Source: Fibrobacteria bacterium
GTDB lineage: Bacteria > Fibrobacterota > Chitinivibrionia > Chitinivibrionales > FEN-1185
NCBI GenBank assembly: GCA_037447435.1
Contig: JBBIGR010000062.1
Coordinates: 1 to 20,233 of the forward strand
Direction of reading: 5' to 3'
Length of the DNA: 20,233 nt
Shown here: positions 16,451-20,233 of the stretch, one piece after another
How the letters are laid out: each line of letters opens with the position of its first letter
How positions within the stretch are numbered: position 1 is the first letter of the stretch
Notes under the pieces: model-generated
Told to the model about the DNA's origin: nothing
Seen by the model: the letters and a program-made list of their open reading frames with translations, nothing else
Databases searched by the model: none
Translations under genes and position numbers: made by a program

Positions 16451-18610
16451 TTACTTTAAAATATGAACCCCTTTAATTTTTGTCTTTGTTCCTGTCTGCA
16501 ATTTGACAAAATAGTATCCGCTGGCAAAATTGCGTGTGTTCCAATAGATTTTATATCTACCATTCACCAAAGATCCATTAACAAGAGATTGTATTTCATG
16601 GCCGGTTAAATTATAAATGGCAACATTTACTTTATCAGCGCGAAGAAGATTAAATTCAATTACAACATTAGAGTTTATTCGGGGTAATAAATACACCTTT
16701 AGAATATCTTGCTTTGGAATATCCTCCTGAAATTGACAACCTGAAATTCCAGTTACATCAGAAATAGGTCTACTCCATACCCCAGAACTATAAGTACCTG
16801 CAAAAATTCTTTCACCTTTCATAGCAAGACTTGGTATGGCTCCATTTGAAAGGCCAAGATTAAATTCTGTCCAACTGATACCGTTATTTTGGGAAACATA
16901 AACTCCACTACCAGACGTTCCAGCAAAAATAAAAGAGCCATTTGCCCATAGGGATAAAACATACTTGTTGACTATTCCAGAATTTACTTCTGTCCAGGTT
17001 TCTCCATTATTGGTTGAAAGAAAAATGCCACCACCATTAGTTCCAACAAAAATATTACCATTACTCACAGTAATTGCCCTAACATCCGTATAGGTTAGAC
17101 CGGTATTTCCTGCCTTCCAGGATTTCCCATCATTATCGGATAAGAATATTCCGGCACCAGTTCCGGCAATAATTGTGTTGCCGTTTATTGCCATACAAGG
17201 AACATCGCTGTCCGTAAGTCCGGTTCTCGAAGGAATCCAGCTTTTGCCATTATTGTTTGATCGAAAAATACCGTTACTGTTTACTGCTGCAAAAATAGTA
17301 GTGTCTTTCTTAAGCAAACAGGAGACTAGTTCAGTTGGAATGCCGGAATCCGCTCTGGTCCAGCTAAAAGCATTATCGGTGGAATGAAATATCTTATAAT
17401 CGGTAGTTGAAGCAAAAATATTGTTGCTACTAACCAGGAGGGAGTGGAAATTGCGAGTTGATGGAATACCGAAATTATTATTATTCCAGCTTAAGCCATT
17501 ATTTGCTGTCGAAAAAATCCCCCCAGAAGTAGCAGCAAACATTGTGTCACCATTAAAGGCAAGAGAAGAAATACCGGAAGCAACTAGCCCGTAATTTGCG
17601 TCAATCCAGCTCGTGCCGTTATTGTCTGACCTGAATACGCCCTGATCGTAGGTGCCGATAAAAAGTGAGCTATCAATAGTGGCAAGCTTTCTTGCACTAA
17701 TACTCGTTAATCCAGTATTTGCCGATGTCCAGCTTGCCCCATTATTAATAGACTTATAAATAATATCACCCATGGCCGTATTTGCAAAAACGCCGCTTTT
17801 GTTTAACGTAAGAGAATAAACGTACGGACTTAGTAAACCCGTGTTGACCTGTGCCCAATTCGTACCATTATTTGTAGATAGAAATATTCCATTGTTCGTG
17901 CCTGCAAAAACTGCGCTATCATTCGCGGCAAAACAAATATACCCTGCAACACCTGGCTGGCCGCTGCTTATACCGGAATCAGCCTCTTTCCAACTTTTGC
18001 CACTGTCTGAGGAAAGGAATACCTTTTTGTCAAACCCAACGAAAACAGCACCGTTACTTACCGCAAATGAATGAACTTTATAAATTGTTGGGAGCCCTGA
18101 ATCTACCTTAGCCCAATTTAAACCATCATCTCTTGATGCAAAAATATTACCTTTACCGGTGGTTCCGCCGCCTGTACCGGCAAGAATTGTGTTGCCAATT
18201 ACAGTAAGACAATTTACATAATGATCCGTAAGTCCGGTATTTGCAGCAGCCCATGTTTTGCCATTGTCTACTGATCTGAAAATACCAAAAGACGTGGTGC
18301 CGGAGGTTGTTCCTGCAAAGAGGGCTTTTTCGTTGGCTGTAAAACACGAAACTGAATAATTTGATATATAATTATTCTTCGGATCTGCGGGTAATCCTGA
18401 ATTAACCGGAGTCCAGCTATTACCTTTATCCTCGGAACGAAAAATTGTTCCAGTATAAGTTCCGGCAAAAAGTGTGCTACCAATTGCTGTAAGAGCAGTA
18501 ATACTCCCACCACCAGGTCCATTTGTCTGTGTCCATTGAGCGCTAATTAATGAGCTGAATAAAATAAGCATTATGAATGAATAGATAAACTGAAGCAATT
18601 TTCTTTTCAT
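16451..18610 (-). CDS. Secreted Asp-box (BNR) repeat beta-propeller protein with a T9SS type A-like C-terminal domain
   Basis: Signal peptide ending ISA/QW, 13 S/T-x-D/N-x-G-x-S/T/N-W Asp-boxes (one degenerate), and C-terminal IYNLTG...WN...ASGYYFVKL. ATG 18610 follows GGAGG. Confidence 0.9.
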   Translation of the reverse strand: MKRKLLQFIYSFIMLILFSSLISAQWTQTNGPGGGSITALTAIGSTLFAGTYTGTIFRSEDKGNSWTPVNSGLPADPKNNYISNYSVSCFTANEKALFAGTTSGTTSFGIFRSVDNGKTWAAANTGLTDHYVNCLTVIGNTILAGTGGGTTGKGNIFASRDDGLNWAKVDSGLPTIYKVHSFAVSNGAVFVGFDKKVFLSSDSGKSWKEADSGISSGQPGVAGYICFAANDSAVFAGTNNGIFLSTNNGTNWAQVNTGLLSPYVYSLTLNKSGVFANTAMGDIIYKSINNGASWTSANTGLTSISARKLATIDSSLFIGTYDQGVFRSDNNGTSWIDANYGLVASGISSLAFNGDTMFAATSGGIFSTANNGLSWNNNNFGIPSTRNFHSLLVSSNNIFASTTDYKIFHSTDNAFSWTRADSGIPTELVSCLLKKDTTIFAAVNSNGIFRSNNNGKSWIPSRTGLTDSDVPCMAINGNTIIAGTGAGIFLSDNDGKSWKAGNTGLTYTDVRAITVSNGNIFVGTNGGGIFLSTNNGETWTEVNSGIVNKYVLSLWANGSFIFAGTSGSGVYVSQNNGISWTEFNLGLSNGAIPSLAMKGERIFAGTYSSGVWSRPISDVTGISGCQFQEDIPKQDILKVYLLPRINSNVVIEFNLLRADKVNVAIYNLTGHEIQSLVNGSLVNGRYKIYWNTRNFASGYYFVKLQTGTKTKIKGVHILK

Positions 18611-18668
18611 AGGTACCTCCAAACAAAATTACAAATGCCCATTAAACAACAATTAATTATTATTTTAA

Positions 18669-19526
18669 TTATCGAAAATCAGGATGAGGTTTTGACACCG
18701 GAAAAAAATGAAAATTTAACTGATAAACCTTATCTGATTTTTTATCCTTATTTGCAATATCCATTATTTTTTTTTGACATTCATATATGATTTCACAAAT
18801 ATCGTGATAGCCCTCATTAGAAATCCCAAGTGTTAGCCCCGAAATATTACGTTTATCCTTGGAAAGCGTTTTTATCGCTGTTTCTGCCAATTTCATAGTT
18901 TCTAAATGAAAATGCTGCACAGCAAAACTTTGCACTTCTTCACCGGTTGTCAAATTTTTATCAACCGTTTTATATTTTCCCTTTCCATCTTTTATTATTA
19001 ATCCAAGTCGAAGGAGGAGCTCGATGGATTTTTGTGTTTGTTTTGGTCTAATTGATGGAAAAACCATTCTACCAAGTGTTTGATAATCAACAACATCAGG
19101 AAATAAATCTATGAGGGAACGGATCACAACGTGATACCAATTTGAATAAAACTCATATTGGTCTTTTTGGATTTTCCTTGCGCTACTTGCTTCACTTGTT
19201 GTTAAAGGTCCTGAGTTAAGTTTTTCGAAATAATGATTTCGCTCAGAAAAGCTTTTCGATTGGTTGAAATACACAAGATTTTCAAAATAGGCTGCCTCAG
19301 TTTTTGTAAGATTTATTGCTCCACAAACTTTTACTACAGAAGCCCTGGAAAGATTTTTTTTTCCATTAATAACATTAAATACAAATGACTTACTGGTAAA
19401 ACCTACTTTACGGGAAAAATTTTGATATGAAAATGAAGGATCGATCTCCTTTTTTATTTCATAATAGTCACCAAGGAACTTTCGAAAGTCTTGATATTTA
19501 AAAACACTTGGTAAGGATTTTTCCAT
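18669..19526 (-). CDS. TIGR02147 family protein (N-terminal HTH plus DUF4423-like domain)
   Basis: VFKYQDFRKFLGDYY...FSYQNFSRKVGFTS...INGKKNLS, YFENLVYFNQ, FYSNWYHVVIRSLI, RNISGLTLGIS and VYQLNFHFFPVS. Confidence 0.9.
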   Translation of the reverse strand: MEKSLPSVFKYQDFRKFLGDYYEIKKEIDPSFSYQNFSRKVGFTSKSFVFNVINGKKNLSRASVVKVCGAINLTKTEAAYFENLVYFNQSKSFSERNHYFEKLNSGPLTTSEASSARKIQKDQYEFYSNWYHVVIRSLIDLFPDVVDYQTLGRMVFPSIRPKQTQKSIELLLRLGLIIKDGKGKYKTVDKNLTTGEEVQSFAVQHFHLETMKLAETAIKTLSKDKRNISGLTLGISNEGYHDICEIIYECQKKIMDIANKDKKSDKVYQLNFHFFPVSKPHPDFR

Positions 19527-19788
19527 AATTTTTTCGCTTTCATCTTCATATATTTCGAAAAATCTTAGTAATAATTATTCCATTCCCTATATCTTAATCT
19601 ACGATTAAAAAAGAAAGAAGTCTATAGGCTATAACAAAAAGGGTGTTCCATTGGAGAACGGTAAATTTGTCCAAAAGATTATTAATTTTTCTACAGGCAA
19701 GCATTTTTGAAGAAATGAGCCATACTCCTGATTTTAGACACTCCAAGAACCAAACATATTTTTCACTTGTATTCTTGGAGGTGTTTTT

Positions 19789-20100
19789 GTGGGATCAATT
19801 CGGAAGAAGTATGACGAGACGTTTAAGCGAGAGGCAGTACGGTTAGCCGATTCATCAGGTAAAAATGATCGGACCGTTGAGAAAGAGCTAGGATTGTACC
19901 AAGGTGCCATCCGGCATTGGCGGGAGGAGCTGAACGCTGACCCCAACCATGCCTTTCCCGGAACGGGCCACCTAAAGCCGTTCGAAGATGAGAACCGCCG
20001 GTTGATGCGGGAGAACGCTATCCTTCGGGAGGAGCGCGACATTTTAAAAAAAGCGGTGGCCATCTTTTCAAAAGGACCGAAAACATCTATATGTTTATAA
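19789..20100 (+). CDS. IS3-family transposase OrfA
   Basis: RKKYDETFKREAVRL HTH and leucine zipper ENRRLMRENAILREERDILKKA; GGAGG at 19777-19781 before the GTG. Confidence 0.92.
   Translation: MGSIRKKYDETFKREAVRLADSSGKNDRTVEKELGLYQGAIRHWREELNADPNHAFPGTGHLKPFEDENRRLMRENAILREERDILKKAVAIFSKGPKTSICL
20046..20053 (+). other. -1 programmed ribosomal frameshift site (A AAA AAA G)
   Basis: A7G at the ILKKA codons. The -1 frame reads KKSGGHLFKRTENIYMFIKEHSFEFSVERMANALNVSRS, typical of an IS3 OrfB N-terminus. Confidence 0.85.
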
Positions 20101-20168
20101 AAGAACATAGCTTTGAGTTTTCGGTGGAGAGGATGGCGAACGCGCTGAACGTGTCGCGGAGCAGCAAT

Positions 20169-20233
20169 AAAGAAGACCGAATCATCTTGCAAGAGTTTAA
20201 GCGACCTCGGCATAGGGGATTCGGCATGTTGGA
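20169..20233 (+). pseudogene. 5'-truncated paralog of the 9968-10396 zinc-ribbon gene (runs off the window)
   Basis: 54/65 nt identical to 10163-10227; KEDRIILQEFKRPRHRGFGML vs KEGRIILQEFKRPRYRGFGIL. Confidence 0.88.

Larger units (their letters stand above)
19716..20165 (+). mobile_element. Truncated IS3-family insertion sequence (left end, orfA and start of orfB)
   Basis: Probable IRL TGAGCCATACTCCTGATTTTAGACA (19716-19740), orfA, A7G slippery site, and an orfB N-terminus ending at VSRS. No DDE domain or IRR in the window. Confidence 0.85.

Noticed and set aside
386..18522. Other short ORFs nested in or antisense to the called genes
   Set aside because: They overlap better-supported CDSs and show no recognisable domains.
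19734..20213. Minus-strand 159-aa ORF
   Set aside because: Antisense to IS3 orfA/orfB and crosses the chimeric junction.

Overview
This looks like an accessory island in a bacterium that is probably Fibrobacterota (inferred from a TIGR02147-like gene and a T9SS-type C-terminal domain). (1) 1-245: two tandem 5' fragments of tRNA-Lys(CUU). The second breaks just after the anticodon loop and resembles an att junction. (2) 327-3730: three lipoprotein genes on the minus strand, a divergent R-M controller-like (C-protein) HTH gene with a clear double C-box but no R-M genes, and a protein resembling only regions 1.2-2 of sigma70. (3) 3813-10396: a tightly coupled minus-strand operon linking a DUF2779-type Cas4-like/DEDDy nuclease, several small ORFs and an unusually long, divergent large serine recombinase; a ribbon-helix-helix gene and a 4xCxxC zinc protein are transcribed divergently. 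(4) 10397-19526: AT-rich cargo with a 1.3-kb gap, an orphan tailspike-like beta-helix gene carrying a 1-nt frameshift in a tandem repeat, and a TIGR02147 / Asp-box propeller / NHL-lipoprotein operon. (5) 19716-end: a truncated IS3 element whose OrfB frame runs in frame into a diverged second copy of the zinc-protein gene from 10 kb upstream. All family calls come from motif recognition by eye; no database searches were run.
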